Source: a virus. Taken from it: a stretch of 64,000 bases of DNA. Shown here in pieces: positions 38,475-47,052 of the stretch (position 1 is its first letter; each line of letters begins with the position of its first letter). The stretch lies in the IMG/VR virus record IMGVR_UViG_3300042905_004067, one strand, 5' to 3'. Position numbers and translations under genes: made by a program. The notes beneath the pieces were generated by a model. That model did no database searches and was not told the DNA's origin. It was given only the letters and a program-made list of their open reading frames with translations.

Positions 38475-39535
38475 AATGAATCTCCATAAACTGTATTGAG
38501 TTGACGATTAACACGAATGAATGTACAACATTTTGGTAAATCTTTCAAGTGTCTTGCACCAACATAAGTGCAAGCAGATCGAACACCACCCAAAATTTGT
38601 TGAATAGTTTCTTTTACCGGACCTTTTGCATCCAAGTATACCGTTTTACCTTCTGCCGCTCTATATTGTGCGACTCCACCAAAATGTTTATCCATACAAC
38701 TTTTTGATGACATTCCATAAAATGGAATTTTAATATTTCCATTTTCATCTTGTAGTGAATTCATTTCAGACTCGTCATGCCCTGCCAACATACCACCTAG
38801 CATAACAAAGTCTGCTCCACCACCAAATGCTTTTGCAACATCTCCGGGTATCGTACAACCACCGTCTGCAAGAACGTGTGCGCGAAGCCCATGTGCTGCA
38901 TCGGCACATTCAATAATGGCAGACAGTTGAGGATAACCGACGCCAGCAACTTTTCTAGTAGTACAAACACTTCCAGAACCAATACCAACCTTTACTATGT
39001 CTGCTCCTGCAAGAACTAGTGCTTCTGTCATTTCAGGAGTTACAACATTTCCTGCAATAATGATTTTATTTGGGAATAATTGCCGAATGCGTTTTACATA
39101 ATCAACAAATTTTTCTGTATATCCATTTGCGACATCAATGCAAATGAATTTTACGTTGGTACATATTTTTAAAATATCTGTTGCTTTTGAGATTTCTTGA
39201 TATGGATCATGTGTCATACCAAGAGTATAAACTAAATTCTCACAATGTAGATAGCCATTTACTAATGAATTTTCGTAATTAGTAATCCACTCCTGAACCG
39301 AATAGAATTTATTAATACCACATAGCATATAGTATGGCTCTAGACTTTTTGCCATACTAAAAGTACCAACACCTTCCATATTTGAAGCAATGATTGGTAC
39401 TCCTTCCCACGTTAATCCACTTGGGAATTTAAAATTCCTGTTTAGTTCTACTTGCTTTCTACTAACAAGTGTGCTGCGTTTTGGGCGAATTAAAACATCA
39501 CTAAAATCTAACTTAATGTCATTTTCAATTTTCAT
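38471..39535 (-). CDS. guaC: GMP reductase
   Basis: [48 protein letters not shown]. Confidence 0.95.
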   Translation of the reverse strand: MKIENDIKLDFSDVLIRPKRSTLVSRKQVELNRNFKFPSGLTWEGVPIIASNMEGVGTFSMAKSLEPYYMLCGINKFYSVQEWITNYENSLVNGYLHCENLVYTLGMTHDPYQEISKATDILKICTNVKFICIDVANGYTEKFVDYVKRIRQLFPNKIIIAGNVVTPEMTEALVLAGADIVKVGIGSGSVCTTRKVAGVGYPQLSAIIECADAAHGLRAHVLADGGCTIPGDVAKAFGGGADFVMLGGMLAGHDESEMNSLQDENGNIKIPFYGMSSKSCMDKHFGGVAQYRAAEGKTVYLDAKGPVKETIQQILGGVRSACTYVGARHLKDLPKCCTFIRVNRQLNTVYGDSL

Positions 39536-39541
39536 AATGAA

Positions 39542-39790
39542 TCATTCAAAATAGTCTTTGTAATCTCTGTTTTCTATCCTTTTTGCTTTTGGATAATCAG
39601 AGGGAGGAAGAAGGTTTAACACATTATGCACTCTTTTCATTGTTTTTGCAAGAGAATTATATGTAATTCTATCCATGAGATATTCTTCGTATGCCTTAAC
39701 AGCATCACTACTGGCATCTATTAAAGATTGAACCCATTCGTCAGAGTGCGTCTGGTGTTTCTTGTTGAACATAAGAATCCTCCGAGACAT
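39542..39790 (-). CDS. Hypothetical protein
   Basis: ORF in operon. Confidence 0.5.
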   Translation of the reverse strand: MSRRILMFNKKHQTHSDEWVQSLIDASSDAVKAYEEYLMDRITYNSLAKTMKRVHNVLNLLPPSDYPKAKRIENRDYKDYFE

Positions 39791-40007
39791 TTTCGAACAG
39801 AGGCAACTTCTCGTTGGCTCTATTGTATCTATTCATAATGTCCAAGGATTCTTGTAACATTTGTATCAAAGATTTTACTTCATCCGATGTATATCCGGCA
39901 AGAGTGTCTTCGATATTCCAATCCTCTAAAACTAATAGACTTTGACCATTTCCTGTATCTACTAGTTTTGCGGTTGGAGATTGTTCATATTCATTATTGT
40001 TTATCAC
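39741..40007 (-). CDS. Hypothetical protein
   Basis: ORF in operon with AGGAG SD. Confidence 0.5.
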   Translation of the reverse strand: MINNNEYEQSPTAKLVDTGNGQSLLVLEDWNIEDTLAGYTSDEVKSLIQMLQESLDIMNRYNRANEKLPLFENVSEDSYVQQETPDAL

Positions 40008-40008
40008 G

Positions 40009-40329
40009 TTATTCTCCTAATAAAACCTTAAATGCGTAAATTGAGTCATAATAAAAACTTTTCCATTCTCTGCTTGAAATGTCCCATACAGGTATTATGT
40101 CTTTATATCCATGTGGATTTTCTATTACACCGTGAATAAGAGATTCATATTCTGATGGAAGTTTTTCAAAATTTCTAGTACATTTTAGCGAACGAAATTG
40201 TCCATTCAATTTTTTTCTAAAAAGAACTTGGCAAGTATATGTTTCTAATTGCTTTACGATCCATCTTGGAGATGGGTCTATTATTCTTTTTGTTTCTTTG
40301 TTGTTCTTATCAACAACAATAGCAATCAT
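40009..40329 (-). CDS. WYL-like/DUF2693 SH3-fold protein
   Basis: FRKKLNGQFRSLKCT..VWDISSREWKSF. Confidence 0.6.
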   Translation of the reverse strand: MIAIVVDKNNKETKRIIDPSPRWIVKQLETYTCQVLFRKKLNGQFRSLKCTRNFEKLPSEYESLIHGVIENPHGYKDIIPVWDISSREWKSFYYDSIYAFKVLLGE

Positions 40330-41036
40330 TATAACACCTCATCCCAGACACCTCCAACTATTTTTGGAGAATTTAAATTACCAACAGATTGTTCTGATGC
40401 ATCTACTCCAAATATATTACCTAAAGCATTTGCATGATGAACTATTGTTCTTCTATGATGCTCTAGTTCTCTTATATTCTTTTCGTGTTCTGCCGCTAAT
40501 TCTTGGTGATGATGTGCTTGTAATTGATGTTCTTCTATGCTGTTTCCGAGAGGAACAGATCTACTCAAAGAACTTAGTGTGTTTTGTTTCATTGTTTTCA
40601 ATGAATCAACTGCCATTCTGTGAGATTGTCTCCATCTATCTCTGTGTTTTTCTATTGCTGAAGATAAACCATCGTGTAATGTTTTTAAATACAAAAGATA
40701 CTTAGATGGTTTTTTACTAAAAGCACGTTCAACTAAATGTTTTACAGAATGTTCTTGTTTAGGGTGATGTTGAGGAAGTGGAATTAATGACTTGCCAATT
40801 CCTAACTGGTGTGTTAGAACTTCGTTTCCTCTATACCCACCCTGAATAGAGTATTCTGCGATTCCATTTTTGTGTATTGGTTTATTAGTAAAGAAACCTA
40901 AAGAAGTTAAATGTTTAGAAATAGGAAGGTGAACGTCGCCATGAATTGTTTCATGGTGAAATCGATCAGCGATATACCGTGGTGAGGATTTGAAATCTCT
41001 CATTTCTTTTAATAACTTTTTTGTTTTTTCATTCAT
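40329..41036 (-). CDS. His-rich putative internal head protein
   Basis: Leader MNEKTKKLLKE; late operon. Confidence 0.45.
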   Translation of the reverse strand: MNEKTKKLLKEMRDFKSSPRYIADRFHHETIHGDVHLPISKHLTSLGFFTNKPIHKNGIAEYSIQGGYRGNEVLTHQLGIGKSLIPLPQHHPKQEHSVKHLVERAFSKKPSKYLLYLKTLHDGLSSAIEKHRDRWRQSHRMAVDSLKTMKQNTLSSLSRSVPLGNSIEEHQLQAHHHQELAAEHEKNIRELEHHRRTIVHHANALGNIFGVDASEQSVGNLNSPKIVGGVWDEVL

Positions 41037-41397
41037 AAAAATCTGGATTTTGTTTTCCGTACATTCTTACAATTCTACCAGCAATTGCATTTGCTTCGTC
41101 TTCATGTGGAGATCCAGTTGAACCATCCAAGTCATCTGTCTTTTTGTGTTGAGCGGCATGAACCATCTCATGTGCTATGCTTCTACAAATATCAAATGCT
41201 GCTCTTCCTTTGATATAGACTTTTATTTCACCATTTTTCATATTATAACTTGCTGTAGTCATATCCGGTTCTCTCTCTGGTAGAAGAATAACTTTTGGTA
41301 CTTCAAGGTTTAAAAACTCGGCAGCAAATTTAACAAAGTCATCTATTCGACCTTGTTTCTCGTATTGTTCGACTATAAATTTTACGAAATGTTTCAT
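41029..41397 (-). CDS. Capsid-targeting-leader protein with HExxH metallopeptidase motif
   Basis: MKHFVKFIVE leader; IAHEMVH..EDEANAIAG; GATAAATA upstream. Confidence 0.65.
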   Translation of the reverse strand: MKHFVKFIVEQYEKQGRIDDFVKFAAEFLNLEVPKVILLPEREPDMTTASYNMKNGEIKVYIKGRAAFDICRSIAHEMVHAAQHKKTDDLDGSTGSPHEDEANAIAGRIVRMYGKQNPDFYE

Positions 41398-41411
41398 AAA
41401 AGTATTTATCC

Positions 41412-41478
41412 AAAAAGAAACCTCCCGATGCGTAGAGCGGGAGGTCGGGCTTGAGATACGATCTCAAGCGGGGTTACT
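41412..41478 (-). ncRNA. Putative late small RNA or double-hairpin terminator
   Basis: CATAAATA, then GCTTGAGAT/ATCTCAAGC and ACCTCCCG/CGGGAGGT plus U-run. Confidence 0.4.
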
Positions 41479-41479
41479 A

Positions 41480-41593
41480 TTATTTATGTTTGTTTCTACC
41501 ACAATTACAAGATTTTTTTGTAAGTTTTGGGTCTGGCTTTGAAATAGGAACAGATCTAAAATTTAGTGGTTTGTTTGGTTTTTTTGGTGTCAT
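41480..41593 (-). CDS. 37-aa basic peptide (MTPKKPNKPL...SCNCGRNKHK)
   Basis: Hand-translated; ATGA overlap with upstream gene. Confidence 0.45.
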   Translation of the reverse strand: MTPKKPNKPLNFRSVPISKPDPKLTKKSCNCGRNKHK

Positions 41594-42081
41594 TCGCAGT
41601 TCCATTTTCGTAGAGACTTATTAATACGAGAATCTGGATCTCTTGCGGTCTTTGCGGAAGTTAGTTTAGCTTTCATGCCTTTCATTCGACGGCAAAAAGA
41701 CAAACGACGTTTTGCTTTCTTTGAACCTGGCTTTAGTTTGCTTGGTTCGGTTGTTACTGCTGTTTGTAACTTTGACCCAGGATTTGCTCTGCGATATGAA
41801 GCGACACCTTTTTTATTCAAACCACCTTCTGGATCTTTCCCCTCTTTGCGTTGCCATGCAGCAGACTTTGCTTCTTCTAATTGGGTTTGTTCTTCCATTG
41901 ACTTAGCCAACTTGACAATTTTTTCGGCTGCTTTTTCGTCGTGAGTAAAGTGTTTGTTTGCTTCATCAGCGGTTGGTTTCTTGCTCTTAATGTGTCTTCC
42001 AACCAACTTTGCAATTTTTTCTGACTCAGAAGCAGCGGCCTCTTTCATGATACCACGGATAATAGTCTCTGGGTTCTTCAT
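41590..42081 (-). CDS. DUF6321-like basic phage protein with internal LEE site
   Basis: GGLNKKGVASYRRANPGSKL..RRLSFCRRM..DPDSRINKSLRKWNC. Confidence 0.65.
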   Translation of the reverse strand: MKNPETIIRGIMKEAAASESEKIAKLVGRHIKSKKPTADEANKHFTHDEKAAEKIVKLAKSMEEQTQLEEAKSAAWQRKEGKDPEGGLNKKGVASYRRANPGSKLQTAVTTEPSKLKPGSKKAKRRLSFCRRMKGMKAKLTSAKTARDPDSRINKSLRKWNCE

Positions 42082-42121
42082 ATTATTCTCCTAGTATATG
42101 TAGTTTTTCATAAATACTGGG

Positions 42122-42838
42122 ATGAAGCATTTTAGCCTATATCTTCAAGAAGAGTCCTTATCATTAAAACAGCATGATACGCTCAATCCAAAGTTTTGGA
42201 CAAAGGATTCACTTAAACCAATAGTAAGAAAAAAACTATTAGAAATAGGCAAAACATGGGCAGAGTTTGCCAATATTCCAGACGAAGCAATCAAAGACAT
42301 AATATTCGTCGGTGGAAATGCAAATTACAATTATACAGAACATTCCGATGTTGATGTTCACGTTGTAATAGACAAAAACAAACTTCCAGATTGCCCTGAA
42401 GTACTAGAAGATTATTTTCAGGACAAAAAACAATTGTGGAGTCTTACACATAACATTCAAGTATATGCCCATGATGTTGAACTTTATGCACAAGACATGA
42501 CACTCAAGACTCCAAAGAATCAAGGTTCATTTAGTCTGTTAAAAAATAAATGGATAACAAAACCAAAGCAAGTTGAAGTCAAAATAGACGATGAACATAT
42601 TGGTAAAAAGGTACGAGAACTAACACACAGAATTCAAAACTTAATTTCATCGAATGCAAAAGACGAATCATTTAAGGCTCTCAAAACAAAAATAAAAAAC
42701 ATGAGAGCCGCTGGATTGAAACGATCAGGTGAATTTTCTTTTGAAAATCTAGTATTCAAAGAACTGAGAAACAGCGGCATACTAGACAAAATGAACAACT
42801 ACATTAAAACTAGAGAAGACAAAAAACTCAGTCTTTAA
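42122..42838 (+). CDS. Pol-beta superfamily nucleotidyltransferase with capsid-targeting leader
   Basis: MKHFSLYLQE leader; GGNANYNYTEHSDVDVHV..DVELY; CATAAATA upstream. Confidence 0.75.
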   Translation: MKHFSLYLQEESLSLKQHDTLNPKFWTKDSLKPIVRKKLLEIGKTWAEFANIPDEAIKDIIFVGGNANYNYTEHSDVDVHVVIDKNKLPDCPEVLEDYFQDKKQLWSLTHNIQVYAHDVELYAQDMTLKTPKNQGSFSLLKNKWITKPKQVEVKIDDEHIGKKVRELTHRIQNLISSNAKDESFKALKTKIKNMRAAGLKRSGEFSFENLVFKELRNSGILDKMNNYIKTREDKKLSL

Positions 42839-43214
42839 TGTGTTTGCTGATTAGTGTTGGTGCAACCAACTTGGTTTGTATGGTTCTTTGACCAGCAAAG
42901 TGCGCCTTAGCAAGGCGATGTGATCCATCCACTATATTACCAGAAGAATCCACATGAATGGGGTAACTCATGTCTGCTCTATCCACCCTAGCCATAAATG
43001 GTTCCGATGGTTTCTGTAATTGATCACCCAATCTACCCTCTTTTGTTCCAACATCTTGGTTGACACGAATCAAATCTTTGACTCGTCTTGTTTGATTTCT
43101 TGTTTGTGTTCCACGAATCAGAGTATCTACTGGTGCCACTCCTCTTTCGTCACCATAGAACTGACCTACAATTTTTCCCTTTGCTTCATTCAGATATTGA
43201 ATAAACGATTTCAT
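42828..43214 (-). CDS. ParB/Srx-like domain protein with capsid-targeting leader
   Basis: MKSFIQYLNE leader; ADMSYPIHV..IVDGSHRLAKA. Confidence 0.65.
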   Translation of the reverse strand: MKSFIQYLNEAKGKIVGQFYGDERGVAPVDTLIRGTQTRNQTRRVKDLIRVNQDVGTKEGRLGDQLQKPSEPFMARVDRADMSYPIHVDSSGNIVDGSHRLAKAHFAGQRTIQTKLVAPTLISKHIKD

Positions 43215-43537
43215 AAGTCGTAGTCTACTTTCTGAAACTTCGCGCCTTCCGGCAATTTTTTTACGAACTCATGAACTGCGTTACGAATATTTTCTTTGCT
43301 CGTCACACGCTCTGAAACCTCACCTTTTTCTGGGTGAGTATAAGTGACAGTTGCAGACCACTCTTGTTCTTCATTCAGAAACTGTTTGAAAGACATGATG
43401 TTTCTCTCTTCCTTCATATGTTTAAAGTATTCAACTTGACGAAGCCGTTTCACAGCACCAGCGCGAGTCGGAGAACAACCTAGGTTTCTACCCTTCTTAC
43501 TTGTAACGCAATACTGTGAGCCACGCTTTACGATCAT
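43211..43537 (-). CDS. Basic phage protein with internal capsid-targeting leader (possible second start at 43396)
   Basis: GRNLGCSPTRAGAVKRLRQVEYFKH then MSFKQFLNE. Confidence 0.55.
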   Translation of the reverse strand: MIVKRGSQYCVTSKKGRNLGCSPTRAGAVKRLRQVEYFKHMKEERNIMSFKQFLNEEQEWSATVTYTHPEKGEVSERVTSKENIRNAVHEFVKKLPEGAKFQKVDYDL

Positions 43538-44343
43538 TTTCTTTTCTTTTTTCCCTGTACTGTGAGAGTAATATCTCTAGCAGCCTCTTGATACGGTTCT
43601 CCATAAACAATATCATCATGCTTTCTTGGATTATAATTACCCATTTTACTTAGATTAATTGTCTTTCGTTTAAAATCTTTTGGATGTGGAAGATCTTTTG
43701 CAGTTTTCATTCTTGCCAAGACTTTTTTATTCATCCCAAGTTCTCTTAATCTTGTTTTTACATTTCTTACAGTTGACCATCCATCTTCTATGCCAGAATG
43801 TATGTCTTCATAATCAGCATGTTGATCCAAATTTAATCTCAGGTTTGGATGGTTCGGATGGGAAAAATACACAGCACTTGTTGAACGACTAGCCAACTCA
43901 CTTGATCTTCGGATTCTAACTGGTCGCATCTTGGCTAATCGCGCCCAGATAGATCTTCCGCCTTTTGTTTGTTGTTCTCCACTTTCTACTGTGCCAACTT
44001 TATCTGCGATCATAGCATAGACTTTAGGTACTAGATTTTTCACTAGTGCTTTTTTTCCACGATGGGCCGCAGTCATTGTAGGAAAGTCAATACGAATTGG
44101 TGAATTTCTTCCACTCCTTCTAATGTCAAACTGACCAACCTGTTTTCCACCATGTCGCACCGACACGATTTCGCCCGCGAGATCATCATCTTCGTGGTGA
44201 TGAACTTCATATGGTCCTATTCTCCCCAGTTTTGTGCTTTTTGATCTTGGTATTTTCGGAGAAACTGTATGCTCTCTTGCACCACCGCCATCTTGGTACT
44301 CTGGCATGTCCTCCGCAAGAAGATATTTTTTGAATCGTAGCAT
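43534..44343 (-). CDS. GNAT-like protein with capsid-targeting leader
   Basis: MLRFKKYLLAE; HRGKK..SGEQQTKGGRSIWARL; paralog of 58765-59436. Confidence 0.55.
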   Translation of the reverse strand: MLRFKKYLLAEDMPEYQDGGGAREHTVSPKIPRSKSTKLGRIGPYEVHHHEDDDLAGEIVSVRHGGKQVGQFDIRRSGRNSPIRIDFPTMTAAHRGKKALVKNLVPKVYAMIADKVGTVESGEQQTKGGRSIWARLAKMRPVRIRRSSELASRSTSAVYFSHPNHPNLRLNLDQHADYEDIHSGIEDGWSTVRNVKTRLRELGMNKKVLARMKTAKDLPHPKDFKRKTINLSKMGNYNPRKHDDIVYGEPYQEAARDITLTVQGKKKRK

Positions 44344-44951
44344 TAGTACTTTTTCTTTTGTTGGTTGCCACTCATTGGTTTTGATTGAGATTGAGGAGGA
44401 GGAAGTTCTGGTTTGAATGCAGGAACTTCAGATGCACTTCTTCCCATTGCTTCTGCTGCACCAGCCACCTGAGAACGAACAATGTGTCCGTGCAGATTTC
44501 GAAGTTTTCTTGACATATATGGATTGTTTAAACCAACAGAAGGTTTGCCAACCAAGGATCTATTAAATGAAACCGCATCTGCTGCTCTATTCATAAGAAC
44601 AGGATTTCCTCTAATACGTTCCATTCCTCCTTGTCTTACTCTTGAAGCAAGATCACCGAGATCATTCCACTTTTGAATATTCTTTGCCACAGGAAAGAGA
44701 TCTTTATGTGTGGTTCTCAGTGGATACTTAAACCCACTTTTGGCTTGGTTGATTTTGTCTATGTTAAGAGCAATGTCTTGTGCTTTTATTGATTGACCAC
44801 CAATATCAGCAGTCATTGCTCTCGCAGCCAGACGACCTTCTGCACCACTAATAGCAGTTTGAACATCCGGCGACCATCGGCGGTTCGACTGAGCCAATCT
44901 CATCGCTCTTCTTGCTTTTACTTCTAATAAAAAATCTTTGGATAATCTCAT
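44343..44951 (-). CDS. Basic putative internal head protein
   Basis: MRLSKDFLLE leader; first gene after TATAAATA. Confidence 0.5.
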   Translation of the reverse strand: MRLSKDFLLEVKARRAMRLAQSNRRWSPDVQTAISGAEGRLAARAMTADIGGQSIKAQDIALNIDKINQAKSGFKYPLRTTHKDLFPVAKNIQKWNDLGDLASRVRQGGMERIRGNPVLMNRAADAVSFNRSLVGKPSVGLNNPYMSRKLRNLHGHIVRSQVAGAAEAMGRSASEVPAFKPELPPPQSQSKPMSGNQQKKKY

Positions 44952-44959
44952 GGTAAATT

Positions 44960-44967
44960 TATTTATA
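44960..44967 (-). promoter_or_regulatory. T4-type late promoter TATAAATA
   Basis: Exact match 8 nt upstream of 44951. Confidence 0.75.
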
Positions 44968-45142
44968 GGGACTCCAATCTAGGGGTCCCCTACTGGGAGT
45001 CTCAGGGGTAGGGGAGGTAGGGGTAGGAGTCCCTTAAAGGATTTTTAGGGGGGAGTCTCATGGGTGGGAGTCCCATGTTCAGAAAGTCTTTAAGAATTCT
45101 TTGAGGGGGGCTTCGCTAGCGGGAGGCTCCAACGGGAGTCCC
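44968..45142 (+). repeat. G-rich array of GGGAGTCYC-like motifs
   Basis: Copies at 44968, 44982, 44995, 45026, 45051, 45066, 45121, 45134. Confidence 0.8.
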
Positions 45143-45278
45143 ATCGCTCCCTATACTGTTCGGACAGGAGCAAACTCACAGCAATGCATAACAATGCATA
45201 CGCTAAACACATGCTAGATTTGAGATGAAGTATGTGCTTCTCCCACGATTATCCCTAGTTTCCTAGATCGATATCCGC

Positions 45279-45307
45279 TTGCATTCAAGTGGCATTTCCA
45301 GTACAAT
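45279..45307 (+). promoter_or_regulatory. Early sigma70 promoter TTGCAT-N17-TACAAT
   Basis: Upstream of Gp88-like gene. Confidence 0.7.
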
Positions 45308-45335
45308 CTATGCACCAAACGAAAGGACTACTGCT

Positions 45336-46085
45336 ATGACTATCGCTCTCGCTCAACTTGCTCCCATTCACGCTCCCTGCGCTACCACCACGGACATCGA
45401 TCCGATTCATGACGGCTACGCACACAGTTACGCGGATCACCAACTCTGTGATGCATCGTGGGGTACGCTCGATGCTCTCACTGGCGGCTTGTCGTTGCCG
45501 TCGAAGATGCCGGGTCATTCGTTCTCGATCAGCGCGAAGCGTTGCAAGGTTGGCGCTGCGCTGCGCAAGGTCGCTGGCTCTACTTGCAGCAAGTGCTACG
45601 CTCTGAAGGGTCGGTATGTGTTTCCGAATGTGGCTGCTGCAATGGAGCGCCGGTATCAGAAGATGCGCTCTAACTCCACGGTGTGGGCTGCTGCAATGAT
45701 CGCCAGCATTCGTAAGACTGGCGATAAGCACTTTCGCTGGCACGACAGCGGAGACTTGCAGGGGATGAATCACCTCTTCGCCATCACCGTGATCGCGGAA
45801 GCCACTCCGTGGGTGCAGCACTGGCTGCCCACTCGGGAGTATGCGTTGGTGCGTGAGTATCTGCGCCAGTATCACCACTTCCCGGTGAATCTCACGGTGC
45901 GCGTGTCTGCGCCCATGATCGGGTCAGTCGCCAGTGAGTGGGAGAACAGCAGCAGCGTCGATGCTACTCGCACTCCCATGACTGCGTGGGTCGATTGCCC
46001 TGCGTCGAAGCAGGGAAACAAGTGCATGGACTGCCGCGCTTGTTGGGATAAGGATGTCGAAGTCGTCAACTACAAGAAGCACTAA
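45336..46085 (+). CDS. Gp88-like phage protein (Cys-cluster)
   Basis: SKMPG..C..CSKCYALKGRY..FRWHDSGDLQ..HWLPTRE..CPA..CMDCRACW; start MTIALA after GAAAGGA. Confidence 0.75.
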   Translation: MTIALAQLAPIHAPCATTTDIDPIHDGYAHSYADHQLCDASWGTLDALTGGLSLPSKMPGHSFSISAKRCKVGAALRKVAGSTCSKCYALKGRYVFPNVAAAMERRYQKMRSNSTVWAAAMIASIRKTGDKHFRWHDSGDLQGMNHLFAITVIAEATPWVQHWLPTREYALVREYLRQYHHFPVNLTVRVSAPMIGSVASEWENSSSVDATRTPMTAWVDCPASKQGNKCMDCRACWDKDVEVVNYKKH

Positions 46086-46107
46086 CTCTAACCAAAGGAC
46101 TCATACC

Positions 46108-46341
46108 ATGAGCAACAACACCAACAACGCTACTGCCAATCACGAACCCGGAGGCGATTATGTCTTCTACACTCCTCCCACCACTCCCGATGGTGATCGG
46201 GACTACCGTGCTGAGATCACTCGGTGGAAGGCGTACCGCGTGAAACTCGGTTCGATTGATCAATACCCCATCGATGCGCTGATCATCATCGACAACCTAC
46301 TCGATGCGCTCGATGCTGCGCGGAAGTCTCGGAATCAGTGA
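46108..46341 (+). CDS. Early hypothetical protein (paralog of 46691-46948)
   Basis: PP.TP.GDRD..IDNLLDALDAARK. Confidence 0.7.
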   Translation: MSNNTNNATANHEPGGDYVFYTPPTTPDGDRDYRAEITRWKAYRVKLGSIDQYPIDALIIIDNLLDALDAARKSRNQ

Positions 46342-46379
46342 TTCCGACAGTCTCAACCAAAACAGAAAGGACTCATACC

Positions 46380-46667
46380 ATGAGCAAGAAGAGCATTCTC
46401 AACAACTGGCGTCGTCGCTTCCGTTCGCTCTTGGATTCCACATTGTCCATCGAGTGTGTATTCTGCGGAAACAGTCTGATTGGCGACGGGCCCGCAACTC
46501 CCGTCATCTGCCTTGATTGTTTCTCGCATCCCGGTGTGATCTTGAATGATTGCACCATCTGCATGAACTGCGCCGCGGATGAGATGTCGTCCGGTACACT
46601 CGTCACCAAGACAACGCACCCCGATGGGTTCACTTGCGCGGAATGCTGCAAGGTTGTCACCGTCTAA
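46380..46667 (+). CDS. Early Cys-rich zinc-binding protein
   Basis: Four CxxC pairs; GAAAGGA SD. Confidence 0.65.
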   Translation: MSKKSILNNWRRRFRSLLDSTLSIECVFCGNSLIGDGPATPVICLDCFSHPGVILNDCTICMNCAADEMSSGTLVTKTTHPDGFTCAECCKVVTV

Positions 46668-46690
46668 CCCAAACGAAAGGACTCAATCAC

Positions 46691-46948
46691 ATGAGCAACA
46701 ACACCCAACCCCGTTATGAGTTCATCTACAATCCGCCTCTCACTCCTGCGGGCGACCGCGACTGGCGGAAGGAGCTTGATGTGTGGAAGCGCGGCCGCAA
46801 CAGCGGAAACGCACCGCTGGACATCACCACGATTGTCGTGATCGACAATCTGCTCGACGCGCTCGACGCAGCGCGAAAGGAGCGCGACGATGCGCGTTCG
46901 GCTGGAGCGTGGAAGTACATCGGAAACCCCAATGATCGCATCCCATGA
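46691..46948 (+). CDS. Early hypothetical protein (paralog of 46108-46341)
   Basis: IDNLLDALDAARK identical segment. Confidence 0.7.
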   Translation: MSNNTQPRYEFIYNPPLTPAGDRDWRKELDVWKRGRNSGNAPLDITTIVVIDNLLDALDAARKERDDARSAGAWKYIGNPNDRIP

Positions 46949-47014
46949 GGTGCGATTGTTGATAGTATTATTATCGGACTCAAAAACTTTTTGATTTTCC
47001 CCTGCTTTCCCCAC

Positions 47015-47043
47015 TTGCACCGATTCCCGTCTTCCGGTATAAT
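47015..47043 (+). promoter_or_regulatory. Early sigma70 promoter TTGCAC-N17-TATAAT
   Basis: ATG 9 nt after the -10 box. Confidence 0.75.
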
Positions 47044-47052
47044 GAAACGACT

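Noticed and set aside
44968-45142. CRISPR array
   Set aside because: Repeats are only about 9 bp, irregularly spaced and degenerate; no cas genes.
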